Below, one piece after another: positions 12,501-27,900 of a stretch of DNA of 64,000 nt; the first letter of the stretch is position 1; every line of letters begins with the position of its first letter. The DNA comes from the human T2T-CHM13v2.0 reference genome, Homo sapiens. The DNA is taken from the NCBI RefSeq assembly GCF_009914755.1, contig NC_060939.1. One strand, written 5' to 3'. The notes beneath the pieces are model-generated. The model saw only the letters and a list, made by a program, of their open reading frames with translations. It had not been told where the DNA came from and searched no databases. Position numbers and translations under genes: made by a program.

Positions 12501-15500
12501 TATCACTTTCATTTCCATTCAATTCCATTCCATTTGATTCCATTCCACTCGGTTTCATTCCATTTGAGTCCACTCCATTCCATTCCATTGCATTCCATTC
12601 AGTTCCATTCCATTCTGTTCCATTCCATTCCGTTCCATTACATTCCATTCCATTCGGTACCATTCCATATTGTTCCATTCGATTCCATTCGAATCCATTC
12701 CATTCCAGTCCATTCCATTCGATTCCATTCCATTCATTTCAATTCCATTCCATTCCATTCCATTACATTCCACTTGATTCCTCTCCATTCCCTTCCACTG
12801 CATTCCGTTCGATTCCATTCCATTGCATTGCATTCCATTCCATTGGATTGCATTCCATTCGATTCCATTCCATTCGAATCAATTACATAGCAATCCATTA
12901 CATTCGAGTCTATTCTCTTCCGTTCCATTCGATTTCGTTCCAATCCATTGGATTCCATTCCATTCGATTCCATTCCATACTATTGCATTCCATTCGATTA
13001 CATTATATTCGAATAAGTTCCATTCAAGACCATTTCTTTTGAGTCCATTCTATTTGAGTCCATTCCCTTTGATTCCATAACATTTGAGTCCATTCAATTC
13101 CATTCCTTTCGTTTCCATTCCATTTGATGCCATTCCATTCAATTCTGTTCTACTCGACTCCAATACACTCAATTCCATTCCATCCGATTCCATTACATTC
13201 TTTTCATTTCTTATCCATTTCAAGCCATTCCACTCCATTCCATTCCACTCGTTTCCTTTCCATTCGAGTCCATTCCTCTCCAGTCCATTCCGTTCAATCC
13301 ATTCCATTCCAGTCCATTCCATTCGAGTCCGTTCCATTCCAGTCCATTCCATTCGAGTCAATTCCATCCCATTCGATGTCTTTCCATAACGATCCATTCC
13401 ATTCTATTCCTTTCGATTCCATTCCATTCTATTTCATTCCATTCGATTCCCTTCCATTGGACTCCTTTCCATTCGAGTGCATTCCATTCCTTTCCATTTC
13501 TTTCCGTTCTGTACGATTCCTACCGTTCGATTTCATTTTGTTCCAGTCCATTCCTTTCGCGTCCATTCCATTCCATTTCACTCCATTCGATTCCATTCCA
13601 CTCGATTCCACTTCGTTCCATTTCATTGCATTCCATTCTATTCAACTCTATTGCCTTCCATTCCATTCCATTCGATTACATTCCATGCGATTCCATTCGA
13701 AATCGAATCAATTACATTGCAATCCATTACTATTGAGTCCGTTTTATTCCAGTCCACTGCATTCTGGTCCATTCCATTTGATTCCATTCCATTCTATTCC
13801 ATTCCATACAGTTGCATTCCATTGGATTCCATGCTATATCTATAAATTCAATTCGAGACCATTGCTTTTGAGTCCATTCTATATGATTCCATTCCATTCA
13901 AGTCCATTACATTTGGTTCAATTCCATTCCATTCCATTCCCTTCCATTCCATTCCATTTGATATCAATCCATTCGATTCCATTCCATTCGAGCACATTCC
14001 ATTCGAGTCCATTCCATTCGATGCCATTCCATTTGATTCTATTCCATTAGTCTCCATTCAATTCCATTAATCTCCATTCCATTCCATTCTACTCCAACTG
14101 ATTCCATTCCATTCTATTCCTTTCCATTCCATTTCATTCCATTCCATTCCATTCCATTCCATTCCATTCCATTCCATTCGTGTCCATTCCACTCCAGTCC
14201 ATTCCATTCGTGTCCATTCCATTCCAGTCCATTCCATTTGTGTCCACTGCATTCCATTCCACTCCATTCCATATTATTCCATTACACACCATTCCATTCT
14301 ATCACTTTCATTTCCATTCAATTCCATTCCATTTGATTCCATTCCACTCGGTTTCATTCCATTTGAGTCCACTCCATTCCATTCCATTCCATTCAGTTCC
14401 ATTCCATTCTGTTCCATTCCATTCCGTTCCGTTACATTCCATTCCATTCGGTACCATTCCATATTGTTCCATTCGATTCCATTCGAATCCATTCCATTCC
14501 AGTCCATTCCATTCGATTCCATTCCATTCATTTCAATTCCATTCCATTCCATTCCATTACATTCCACTTGATTCCTCTCCATTCCCTTCCACTGCATTCC
14601 GTTCGATTCCATTCCATTGCATTGCATTCCATTCCATTGGATTGCATTCCATTCGATTCCATTCCATTCGAATCAATTACATAGCAATCCATTACATTCG
14701 AGTCTATTCTCTTCCGTTCCATTCGATTTCGTTCCAATCCATTCGATTCCATTCCATTCGATTCCATTCCATACTATTGCATTCCATTCGATTACATTAT
14801 ATTCGAATAAGTTCCATTCAAGACCATTTCTTTTGAGTCCATTCTATTTGAGTCCATTCCCTTTGATTCCATAACATTTGAGTCCATTCAATTCCATTCC
14901 TTTCGTTTCCATTCCATTTGATGCCATTCCATTCAATTGTGTTCTACTCGACTCCAATACATTCAATTCCATTCCATCCGATTCCATTACATTCTTTTCA
15001 TTTCTTATCCATTTCAAGCCATTCCACTCCATTCCATTCCACTCGTTTCCTTTCCATTCGAGTCCATTCCTCTCCAGTCCATTCCGTTCAATCCATTCCA
15101 TTCCAGTCCATTCCATTCGAGTCCGTTCCATTCCAGTCCATTCCATTCGAGTCAATTCCATTCCATTCGATGTCTTTCCATAACGATCCATTCCATTCTA
15201 TTCCTTTCGATTCCATTCCATTCTATTTCATTCCATTCGATTCCCTTCCATTGGACTCCTTTCCATTCGAGTGCATTCCATTCCGTTCCATTTCTTTCCG
15301 TTCTGTACGATTCCTACCGTTCGATTTCATTTTGTTCCAGTCCATTCCTTTCGCGTCCATTCCATTCCATTTCACTCCATTCGATTCCATTCCACTCGAT
15401 TCCACTTCGTTCCATTTCATTGCATTCCATTCTATTCAACTCTATTGCCTTCCATTCCATTCCATTCGATTACATTCCATGCGATTCCATTCGAAATCGA

Positions 15501-18500
15501 ATCAATTACATTGCAATCCATTACTATTGAGTCCATTTTATTCCAGTCCACTGCATTCTGGTCCATTCCATTTGATTCCATTCCATTCTATTCCATTCCA
15601 TACAGTTGCATTCCATTGGATTCCATTCTATATCTATAAATTCAATTCGAGACCATTGCTTTTGAGTCCATTCTATATGATTCCATTCCAATCAAGTCCA
15701 TTACATTTGGTTCAATTCCATTTCATTCCATTCCCTTCCATTCCATTCCAGTTGATATCAATCCATTCGATTCCATTCCATTCGAGCACATTCCATTCGA
15801 GTCCATTCCATTCGATGCCATTCCATTTGATTCTATTCCATTAGTCTCCATTCAATTCCATTAATCTCCATTCCATTCCATTCTACTCCAACTGATTCCA
15901 TTCCATTCTATTCCTTTCCATTCCATTTCATTCCATTCCATTCCATTTCATTCCATTCCATTCCATTCGCTTCCATTCCATTCGTGTCCATTCCACTCCA
16001 GTCCATTCCATTCGTGTCCATTCCATTCCAGTCCATTCCATTTGTGTCCACTGCATTCCATTCCACTCCATTCCATATTATTCCATTACACTCCATTCCA
16101 TTCTATTACTTTCATTTCCATTCAATTCCATTCCATTTGATTCCATTCCACTCGGTTTCATTCCATTTGAGTCCACTCCATTCCATTCCATTGCATTCCA
16201 TTCAGTTCCATTCCATTCTGTTCCATTCCATTCCGTTCCATTACATTCCATTCCATTCGGTACCATTCCATATTGTTCCATTCGATTCCATTCGAATCCA
16301 TTCCATTCCAGTCCATTCCATTCGATTCCATTCCATTCATTTCAATTCCATTCCATTCCATTCCATTACATTCCACTTGATTCCTCTCCATTCCCTTCCA
16401 CTGCATTCCGTTCGATTCCATTCCATTGCATTGCATTCCATTCCATTGGATTGCATTCCATTCGATTCCATTCCATTCGAATCAATTACATAGCAATCCA
16501 TTACATTCGAGTCTATTCTATTCCGTTCCATTCGATTTCGTTCCAATCCATTCGATTCCATTCCATTCGATTCCATTCCATACTATTGCATTCCATTCGA
16601 TTACATTATATTCGAATAAGTTCCATTCAAGACCATTTCTTTTGAGTCCATTCTATTTGAGTCCATTCCCTTTGATTCTATAACATTTGAGTCCATTCAA
16701 TTCCATTCCTTTCGTTTCCATTCCATTTGATGCCATTCCATTCAATTCTGTTCTACTCGACTCCAATACATTCAATTCCATTCCATCCGATTCCATTACA
16801 TTCTTTTCATTTCTTATCCATTTCAAGCCATTCCACTCCATTCCATTCCACTCGTTTCCTTTCCATTCGAGTCCATTCCTCTCCAGTCCATTCCATTCAA
16901 TCCATTCCATTTCAGTCCATTCCATTCGAGTCCGTTCCATTCCAGTCCATTCCATTCGAGTCAATTCCATTCCATTCGATGTCTTTCCATAACGATCCAT
17001 TCCATTCTATTCCTTTCGATTCCATTCCATTCTATTTCATTCCATTCGATTCCCTTCCATTGGACTCCTTTCCATTCGAGTGCATTCCATTCCTTTCCAT
17101 TTCTTTCCGTTCTGTACGATTCCTACCGTTCGATTTCATTTTGTTCCAGTCCATTCCTTTCGCGTCCATTCCATTCCATTTCACTCCATTCGATTCCATT
17201 CCACTCGATTCCACTTCGTTCCATTTCATTGCATTCCATTCTATTCAACTCTATTGCCTTCCATTCCATTCCATTCGATTACATTCCATGCGATTCCATT
17301 CGAAATCGAATCAATTACATTGCAATCCATTACTATTGAGTCCGTTTTATTCCAGTCCACTCCATTCTGGTCCATTCCATTTGATTCCATTCCATTCTAT
17401 TCCATTCCATACAGTTGCATTCCATTGGATTCCATGCTATATCTATAAATTCAATTCGAGACCATTGCTTTTGAGTCCATTCTATATGATTCCATTCCAT
17501 TCAAATCCATTACTTTTGGTTCAATTCCATTCCATTCCATTCCCTTCCATTCCATTCCATTTGATATCAATCCATTCGATTCCATTCCATTCGAGCACAT
17601 TCCATTCGAGACCATTCCATTCGATGCCATTCCATTTGATTCTATTCCATTAGTCTCCATTCAATTCCATTAATCTCCATTCCATTCCATTCTACTCCAA
17701 CTGATTCCATTCCATTCTATTCCTTTCCATTCCATTTCATTCCATTCCATTCCATTTCATTCCATTCCATTCCATTCGTGTCCATTCCACTCCAGTCCAT
17801 TCCATTCGTGTCCATTCCATTCCAGTCCATTCCATTTGTGTCCACTGCATTCCATTCCACTCCATTCCATATTATTCCATTACACTCCATTCCATTCTAT
17901 CACTTTCATTTCCATTCAATTCCATTCCATTTGATTCCATTCCACTCGGTTTCATTCCATTTGAGTCCACTCCATTCCATTCCATTGCATTCCATTCAGT
18001 TCCATTCCATTCTGTTCCATTCCATTCCGTTCCATTACATTCCATTCCATTCGGTACCATTCCTTATTGTTCCATTCGATTCCATTCGAATCCATTCCAT
18101 TCCAGTCCATTCCATTCGATTCCATTCCATTCATTTCAATTCCATTCCATTCCATTCCATTACATTCCACTTGATTCCTCTCCATTCCCTTCCACTGCAT
18201 TCCGTTCGATTCCATTCCATTGCATTGCATTCCATTCCATTGGATTGCATTCCATTCGATTCCATTCCATTCGAATCAATTACATAGCAATCCATTGCAT
18301 TCGAGTCTATTCTCTTCCGTTCCATTCGATTTCGTTCCAATCCATTCGATTCCATTCCATTCGATTCCATTCCATACTATTGCATTCCATTCGATTACAT
18401 TATATTCGAATAAGTTCCATTCAAGACCATTTCTTTTGAGTCCATTCTATTTGAGTCCATTCCCTTTGATTCCGTAACATTTGAGTCCATTCAATTCCAT

Positions 18501-21500
18501 TCCTTTCGTTTCCATTCCATTTGATGCCATTCCATTCAATTCTGTTCTACTCGACTCCAATACACTCAATTCCATTCCATCCGATTCCATTACATTCTTT
18601 TCATTTCTTATCCATTTCAAGCCATTCCACTCCATTCCATTCCACTCGTTTCCTTTCCATTCGAGTCCATTCCTCTCCAGTCCATTCCGTTCAATCCATT
18701 CCATTCCAGTCCATTCCATTCGAGTCCGTTCCATTCCAGTCCATTCCATTCGAGTCAATTCCATCCCATTCGATGTCTTTCCATAACGATCCATTCCATT
18801 CTATTCCTTTCGATTCCATTCCATTCTATTTCATTCCATTCGATTCCCTTCCATTGGACTCCTTTCCATTCGAGTGCATTCCATTACTTTCCATTTCTTT
18901 CCGTTCTGTACGATTCCTACCGTTCGATTTCATTTTGTTCCAGTCCATTCCTTTCGCGTCCATTCCATTCCATTTCACTCCATTCGATTCCATTCCACTC
19001 GATTCCACTTCGTTCCATTTCATTGCATTCCATTCTATTCAACTCTATTGCCTTCCATTCCATTCCATTCGATTACATTCCATGCGATTCCATTCGAAAT
19101 CGAATCAATTACATTGCAATCCATTACTATTGAGTCCGTTTTATTCCAGTCCACTGCATTCTGGTCCATTCCATTTGATTCCATTCCATTCTATTCCATT
19201 CCATACAGTTGCATTCCATTGGATTCCATGCTATATCTATAAATTCAATTCGAGACCATTGCTTTTGAGTCCATTCTATATGATTCCATTCCATTCAAGT
19301 CCATTACATTTGGTTCAATTCCATTCCATTCCATTCCCTTCCATTCCATTCCATTTGATATCAATCCATTCGATTCCATTCCATTCGAGCACATTCCATT
19401 CGAGTCCATTCCATTCGATGCCATTCCATTTGATTCTATTCCATTAGTCTCCATTCAATTCCATTAATCTCCATTCCATTCCATTCTACTCCAACTGATT
19501 CCATTCCATTCTATTCCATTCCATTCCATTTCATTCCATTCCATTCCATTTCATTCCATTCCATTCCATTCGTGTCCATTCCACTCCAGTCCATTCCATT
19601 CGTGTCCATTCCATTCCAGTCCATTCCATTTGTGTCCACTGCATTCCATTCCACTCCATTCCATATTATTCCATTACACTCCATTCCATTCTATTACTTT
19701 CATTTCCATTCAATTCCATTCCATTTGATTCCATTCCACTCGGTTTCATTCCATTTGAGTCCACTCCATTCCATTCCATTCCATTCCATTCAGTTCCATT
19801 CCATTCTGTTCCATTCCATTCCCTTCCATTACATTCCATTCCATTCGGTACCATTCCATATTGTTCCATTCGATTCCATTCGAATCCATTCCATTCCAGT
19901 CCATTCCATTCGATTCCATTCCATTCATTTCAATTCCATTCCATTCCATTCCATTACATTCCACTTGATTCCTCTCCATTCCCTTCCACTGCATTCCGTT
20001 CGATTCCATTCCATTGCATTGCATTCCATTCCATTGGATTGCATTCCATTCGATTCCATTCCATTCGAATCAATTACATAGCAATCCATTACATTCGAGT
20101 CTATTCTCTTCCGTTCCATTCGATTTCGTTCCAATCCATTCGATTCCATTCCATTCGATTCCATTCCATGCTATTGCATTCCATTCTATTACATTATATT
20201 CGAATAAGTTCCATTCAAGACCATTTCTTTTGAGTCCATTCTATTTGAGTCCATTCCCTTTGATTCCATAACATTTGAGTCCATTCAATTCCATTCCTTT
20301 CGTTTCCATTCCATTTGATGCCATTCCATTCAATTCTGTTCTACTCGACTCCAATACATTCAATTCCATTCCATCCGATTCCATTACATTCTTTTCATTT
20401 CTTATCCATTTCAAGCCATTCCACTCCATTCCATTCCACTCGTTTCCTTTCCATTCGAGTCCATTCCTCTCCAGTCCATTCCGTTCAATCCATTCCATTC
20501 CAGTCCATTCCATTCGAGTCCGTTCCATTCCAGTCCATTCCATTCGAGTCAATTCCATTCCATTCGATGTCTTTCCATAACGATCCATTCCATTCTATTC
20601 CTTTCGATTCCATTCCATTCTATTTCATTCCATTCGATTCCCTTCCATTGGACTCCTTTCCATTCGAGTGCATTCCATTCCGTTCCATTTCTTTCCGTTC
20701 TGTACGATTCCTACCGTTAGATTTCATTTTGTTCCAGTCCATTCCTTTCGCGTCCATTCCATTCCATTTCACTCCATTCGATTCCATTCCACTCGATTCC
20801 ACTTCGTTCCATTTCATTGCATTCCATTCTATTCAACTCTATTGCCTTCCATTCCATTCCATTCGATTACATTCCATGCGATTCCATTCGAAATCGAATC
20901 AATTACATTGCAATCCATTACTATTGAGTCCGTTTTATTCCAGTCCACTGCATTCTGGTCCATTCCATTTGATTCCATTCCATTCTATTCCATTCCATAC
21001 AGTTGCATTCCATTGGATTCCATGCTATATCTATAAATTCAATTCGAGACCATTGCTTTTGAGTCCATTCTATATGATTCCATTCCATTCAAATCCATTA
21101 CATTTGGTTCAATTCCATTCCATTCCATTCCCTTCCATTCCATTCCATTTGATATCAATCCATTCGATTCCATTCCATTCGAGCACATTCCATTCGAGTC
21201 CATTCCATTCGATGCCATTCCATTTGATTCTATTCCATTAGTCTCCATTCAATTCCATTAATCTCCATTCCATTCCATTCTATTCCAACTGATTCCATTC
21301 CACTCTATTCCTTTCCATTCCATTTCATTCCATTCCATTCCATTTCATTCCATTCCATTCCATTCGTGTCCATTCCACTCCAGTCCATTCCATTCGTGTC
21401 CATTCCATTCCAGTCCATTCCATTTGTGTCCACTGCATTCCATTCCACTCCATTCCATATTATTCCATTACACTCCATTCCATTCTATTACTTTCATTTC

Positions 21501-24500
21501 CATTCAATTCCATTCCATTTGATTCCATTCCACTCGGTTTCATTCCATTTGAGTCCACTCCATTCCATTCCATTCCATTCCATTCAGTTCCATTCCATTC
21601 TGTTCCATTCCATTCCGTTCCATTACATTCCATTCCATTCGGTACCATTCCATATTGTTCCATTCGATTCCATTCGAATCCATTCCATTCCAGTCCATTC
21701 CATTCCATTCCATTCCATTCATTTCAATTCCATTCCATTCCATTCCATTACATTCCACTTGATTCCTCTCCATTCCCTTCCACTGCATTCCGTTCGATTC
21801 CATTCCATTGCATTGCATTCCATTCCATTGGATTGCATTCCATTCGATTCCATTCCATTCGAATCAATTACATAGCAATCCATTACATTCGAGTCTATTC
21901 TATTCCGTTCCATTCGATTTCGTTCCAATCCATTCGATTCCATTCCATTCGATTCCATTCCATACTATTGCATTCCATTCGATTACATTATATTCGAATA
22001 AGTTCCATTCAAGACCATTTCTTTTGAGTCCATTCTATTTGAGTCCATTCCCTTTGATTCCATAACATTTGAGTCCATTCAATTCCATTCCTTTCGTTTC
22101 CATTCCATTTGATGCCATTCCATTCAATTCTGTTCTACTCGACTCCAATACATTCAATTCCATTCCATCCGATTCCATTACATTCTTTTCATTTCTTATC
22201 CATTTCAAGCCATTCCACTCCATTCCATTCCAGTCATTTCCTTTCCATTCGAGTCCATTCCTCTCCAGTCCATTCCGTTCAATCCATTCCATTCCAGTCC
22301 ATTCCATTCGAGTCCGTTCCATTCCAGTCCATTCCATTCGAGTCAATTCCATTCCATTCGATGTCTTTCCATAACGATCCATTCCATTCTATTCCTTTCG
22401 ATTCCATTCCATTCTATTTCATTCCATTCGATTCCCTTCCATTGGACTCCTTTCCATTCGAGTGCATTCCATTCCGTTCCATTTCTTTCCGTTCTGTACG
22501 ATTCCTACCGTTCGATTTCATTTTGTTCCAGTCCATTCCTTTCGCGTCCATTCCATTCCATTTCACTCCATTCAATTCCATTCCACTCGATTCCACTTCG
22601 TTCCATTTCATTGCATTCCATTCTATTCAACTCTATTGCCTTCCATTCCATTCCATTCGATTACATTCCATGCGATTCCATTCGAAATCGAATCAATTAC
22701 ATTGCAATCCATTACTATTGAGTCCGTTTTATTCCAGTCCACTGCATTCTGGTCCATTCCATTTGATTCCATTCCATTCTATTCCATTCCATACAGTTGC
22801 ATTCCATTGGATTCCATGCTATATCTATAAATTCAATTCGAGACCATTGCTTTTGAGTCCATTCTATATGATTCCATTCCATTCAAATCCATTACATTTG
22901 GTTCAATTCCATTCCATTCCATTCCCTTCCATTCCATTCCATTTGATATCAATCCATTCGATTCCATTCCATTCGAGCACATTCCATTCGAGTCCATTCC
23001 ATTCGATGCCATTCCATTTGATTCTATTCCATTAGTCTCCATTCAATTCCATTAATCTCCATTCCATTCCATTCTACTCCAACGGATTCCATTCCATTCT
23101 ATTCCTTTCCATTCCATTTCATTCCATTCCATTCCATTTCATTCCATTCCATTCCATTCGTGTCCATTCCACTCCAGTCCATTCCATTCGTGGCCATTCC
23201 ATTCCAGTCCATTCCATTTGTGTCCACTGCATTCCATTCCACTCCATTCCATATTATTCCTTTACACTCCATTCCATTCTATCACTTTCATTTCCATTCA
23301 ATTCCATTCCATTTGATTCCATTCCACTCGGTTTCATTCCATTTGAGTCCACTCCATTCCATTCCATTGCATTCCATTCAGTTCCATTCCATTCTGTTCC
23401 ATTCCATTCCGTTCCATTACATTCCATTCCATTCGGTACCATTCCATATTGTTCCATTCGATTCCATTCGAATCCATTCCATTCCAGTCCATTCCATTCG
23501 ATTCCATTCCATTCATTTCAATTCCATTCCATTCCATTCCATTACATTCCACTTGATTCCTCTCCATTCCCTTCCACTGCATTCCGTTCGATTCCATTCC
23601 ATTGCATTGCATTCCATTCCATTGGATTGCATTCCATTCGATTCCATTCCATTCGAATCAATTACATAGCAATCCATTACATTCGAGTCTATTCTCTTCC
23701 GTTCCATTCGATTTCGTTCCAATCCATTGGATTCCATTCCATTCGATTCCATTCCATACTATTGCATTCCATTCGATTACATTATATTCGAATAAGTTCC
23801 ATTCAAGACCATTTCTTTTGAGTCCATTCTATTTGAGTCCATTCCCTTTGATTCCATAACATTTGAGTCCATTCAATTCCATTCCTTTCGTTTCCATTCC
23901 ATTTGATGCCATTCCATTCAATTCTGTTCTACTCGACTCCAATACACTCAATTCCATTCCATCCGATTCCATTACATTCTTTTCATTTCTTATCCATTTC
24001 AAGCCATTCCACTCCATTCCATTCCACTCGTTTCCTTTCCATTCGAGTCCATTCCTCTCCAGTCCATTCCGTTCAATCCATTCCATTCCAGTCCATTCCA
24101 TTCGAGTCCGTTCCATTCCAGTCCATTCCATTCGAGTCAATTCCATCCCATTCGATGTCTTTCCATAACGATCCATTCCATTCTATTCCTTTCGATTCCA
24201 TTCCATTCTATTTCATTCCATTCGATTCCCTTCCATTGGACTCCTTTCCATTCGAGTGCATTCCATTCCTTTCCATTTCTTTCCGTTCTGTACGATTCCT
24301 ACCGTTCGATTTCATTTTGTTCCAGTCCATTCCTTTCGCGTCCATTCCATTCCATTTCACTCCATTCGATTCCATTCCACTCGATTCCACTTCGTTCCAT
24401 TTCATTGCATTCCATTCTATTCAACTCTATTGCCTTCCATTCCATTCCATTCGATTACATTCCATGCGATTCCATTCGAAATCGAATCAATTACATTGCA

Positions 24501-24900
24501 ATCCATTACTATTGAGTCCGTTTTATTCCAGTCCACTGCATTCTGGTCCATTCCATTTGATTCCATTCCATTCTATTCCATTCCATACAGTTGCATTCCA
24601 TTGGATTCCATGCTATATCTATAAATTCAATTCGAGACCATTGCTTTTGAGTCCATTCTATATGATTCCATTCCATTCAAGTCCATTACATTTGGTTCAA
24701 TTCCATTCCATTCCATTCCCTTCCATTCCATTCCATTTGATATCAATCCATTCGATTCCATTCCATTCGAGCACATTCCATTCGAGTCCATTCCATTCGA
24801 TGCCATTCCATTTGATTCTATTCCATTAGTCTCCATTCAATTCCATTAATCTCCATTCCATTCCATTCTACTCCAACTGATTCCATTCCATTCTATTCCT
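3600..24900 (+). repeat. 10,779-bp (six-unit) block duplication within the 1.8-kb domain
   Basis: Private variants recur at +10,779: CGTTACATT 3651/14430, AATCAAGTCC 4911/15690, TTCTATAAC ~5897/16676, TTCCTTATTG 7281/18060, CCGTTAGAT ~9935/20714, CCAGTCATTT 11451/22230, CAACGGATT 12301/23080. ORF pairs show the same offset (5647/16426, 7441/18220, 9235/20014, 11029/21808, 12823/23602). Edges are approximate. Confidence 0.9.
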
Positions 24901-27900
24901 TTCCATTCCATTTCATTCCATTCCATTCCATTTCATTCCATTCCATTCCATTCGTGTCCATTCCACTCCAGTCCATTCCATTCGTGTCCATTCCATTCCA
25001 GTCCATTCCATTTGTGTCCACTGCATTCCATTCCACTCCATTCCATATTATTCCATTACACTCCATTCCATTCTATCTCTTTCATTTCCATTCAATTCCA
25101 TTCCATTTGATTCCATTCCACTCGGTTTCATTCCATTTGAGTCCACTCCATTCCATTCCATTGCATTCCATTCAGTTCCATTCCATTCTGTTCCATTCCA
25201 TTCCGTTCCATTACATTCCATTCCATTCGGTACCATTCCATATTGTTCCATTCGATTCCATTCGAATCCATTCCATTCCAGTCCATTCCATTCGATTCCA
25301 TTCCATTCATTTCAATTCCATTCCATTCCATTCCATTACATTCCACTTGATTCCTCTCCATTCCCTTCCACTGCATTCCGTTCGATTCCATTCCATTGCA
25401 TTGCATTCCATTCCATTGGATTGCATTCCATTCGATTCCATTCCATTCGAATCAATTACATAGCAATCCATTACATTCGAGTCTATTCTCTTCCGTTCCA
25501 TTCGATTTCGTTCCAATCCATTGGATTCCATTCCATTCGATTCCATTCCATACTATTGCATTCCATTCGATTACATTATATTCGAATAAGTTCCATTCAA
25601 GACCATTTCTTTTGAGTCCATTCTATTTGAGTCCATTCCCTTTGATTCCATAACATTTGAGTCCATTCAATTCCATTCCTTTCGTTTCCATTCCATTTGA
25701 TGCCATTCCATTCAATTCTGTTCTACTCGACTCCAATACACTCAATTCCATTCCATCCGATTCCATTACATTCTTTTCATTTCTTATCCATTTCAAGCCA
25801 TTCCACTCCATTCCATTCCACTCGTTTCCTTTCCATTCGAGTCCATTCCTCTCCAGTCCATTCCGTTCAATCCATTCCATTCCAGTCCATTCCATTCGAG
25901 TCCGTTCCATTCCAGTCCATTCCATTCGAGTCAATTCCATTCCATTCGATGTCTTTCCATAACGATCCATTCCATTCTACTCCTTTCGATTCCATTCCAT
26001 TCTATTTCATTCCATTCGATTCCCTTCCATTGGACTCCTTTCCATTCGAGTGCATTCCATTCCTTTCCATTTCTTTCCGTTCTGTACGATTCCTACCGTT
26101 CGATTTCATTTTGTTCCAGTCCATTCCTTTCGCGTCCATTCCATTCCATTTCACTCCATTCGATTCCATTCCACTCGATTCCACTTCGTTCCATTTCATT
26201 GCATTCCATTCTATTCAACTCTATTGCCTTCCATTCCATTCCATTCGATTACATTCCATGCGATTCCATTCGAAATCGAATCAATTACATTGCAATCCAT
26301 TACTATTGAGTCCGTTTTATTCCAGTCCACTGCATTCTGGTCCATTCCATTTGATTCCATTCCATTCTATTCCATTCCATACAGTTGCATTCCATTGGAT
26401 TCCATGCTATATCTATAAATTCAATTCGAGACCATTGCTTTTGAGTCCATTCTATATGATTCCATTCCATTCAAGTCCATTACATTTGGTTCAATTCCAT
26501 TCCATTCCATTCCCTTCCATTCCATTCCATTTGATATCAATCCATTCGATTCCATTCCATTCGAGCACATTCCATTCGAGTCCATTCCATTCGATGCCAT
26601 TCCATTTGATTCTATTCCATTAGTCTCCATTCAATTCCATTAATCTCCATTCCATTCCATTCTACTCCAACTGATTCCATTCCATTCTATTCCTTTCCAT
26701 TCCATTTCATTCCATTCCATTCCATTTCATTCCATTCCATTCCATTCGTGTCCATTCCACTCCAGTCCATTCCATTCGTGTCCATTCCATTCCAGTCCAT
26801 TCCATTTGTGTCCACTGCATTCCATTCCACTCCATTCCATATTATTCCATTACACTCCATTCCATTCTATCTCTTTCATTTCCATTCAATTCCATTCCAT
26901 TTGATTCCATTCCACTCGGTTTCATTCCATTTGAGTCCACTCCATTCCATTCCATTGCATTCCATTCAGTTCCATTCCATTCTGTTCCATTCCATTCCGT
27001 TCCATTACATTCCATTCCATTCGGTACCATTCCATATTGTTCCATTCGATTCCATTCGAATCCATTCCATTCCAGTCCATTCCATTCGATTCCATTCCAT
27101 TCATTTCAATTCCATTCCATTCCATTCCATTACATTCCACTTGATTCCTCTCCATTCCCTTCCACTGCATTCTGTTCGATTCCATTCCATTGCATTGCAT
27201 TCCATTCCATTGGATTGCATTCCATTCGATTCCATTCCATTCGAATCAATTACATAGCAATCCATTACATTCGAGTCTATTCTATTCCGTTCCATTCGAT
27301 TTCGTTCCAATCCATTCGATTCCATTCCATTCGATTCCATTCCATACTATTGCATTCCATTCTATTACATTATATTCGAATAAGTTCCATTCAAGACCAT
27401 TTCTTTTGAGTCCATTCTATTTGAGTCCATTCCCTTTGATTCCATAACATTTGAGTCCATTCAATTCCATTCCTTTCGTTTCCATTCCATTTGATGCCAT
27501 TCCATTCAATTCTGTTCTACTCGACTCCAATACACTCAATTCCATTCCATCCGATTCCATTACATTCTTTTCATTTCTTATCCATTTCAAGCCATTCCAC
27601 TCCATTCCATTCCACTCGTTTCCTTTCCATTCGAGTCCATTCCTCTCCAGTCCATTCCGTTCAATCCATTCCATTCCAGTCCATTCCATTCGAGTCCGTT
27701 CCATTCCAGTCCATTCCATTCGAGTCAATTCCATTCCATTCGATGTCTTTCCATAACGATCCATTCCATTCTATTCCTTTCGATTCCATTCCATTCTATT
27801 TCATTCCATTCGATTCCCTTCCATTGGACTCCTCTCCATTCGAGTGCATTCCATTCCTTTCCATTTCTTTCCGTTCTGTACGATTCCTACCGTTCGATTT

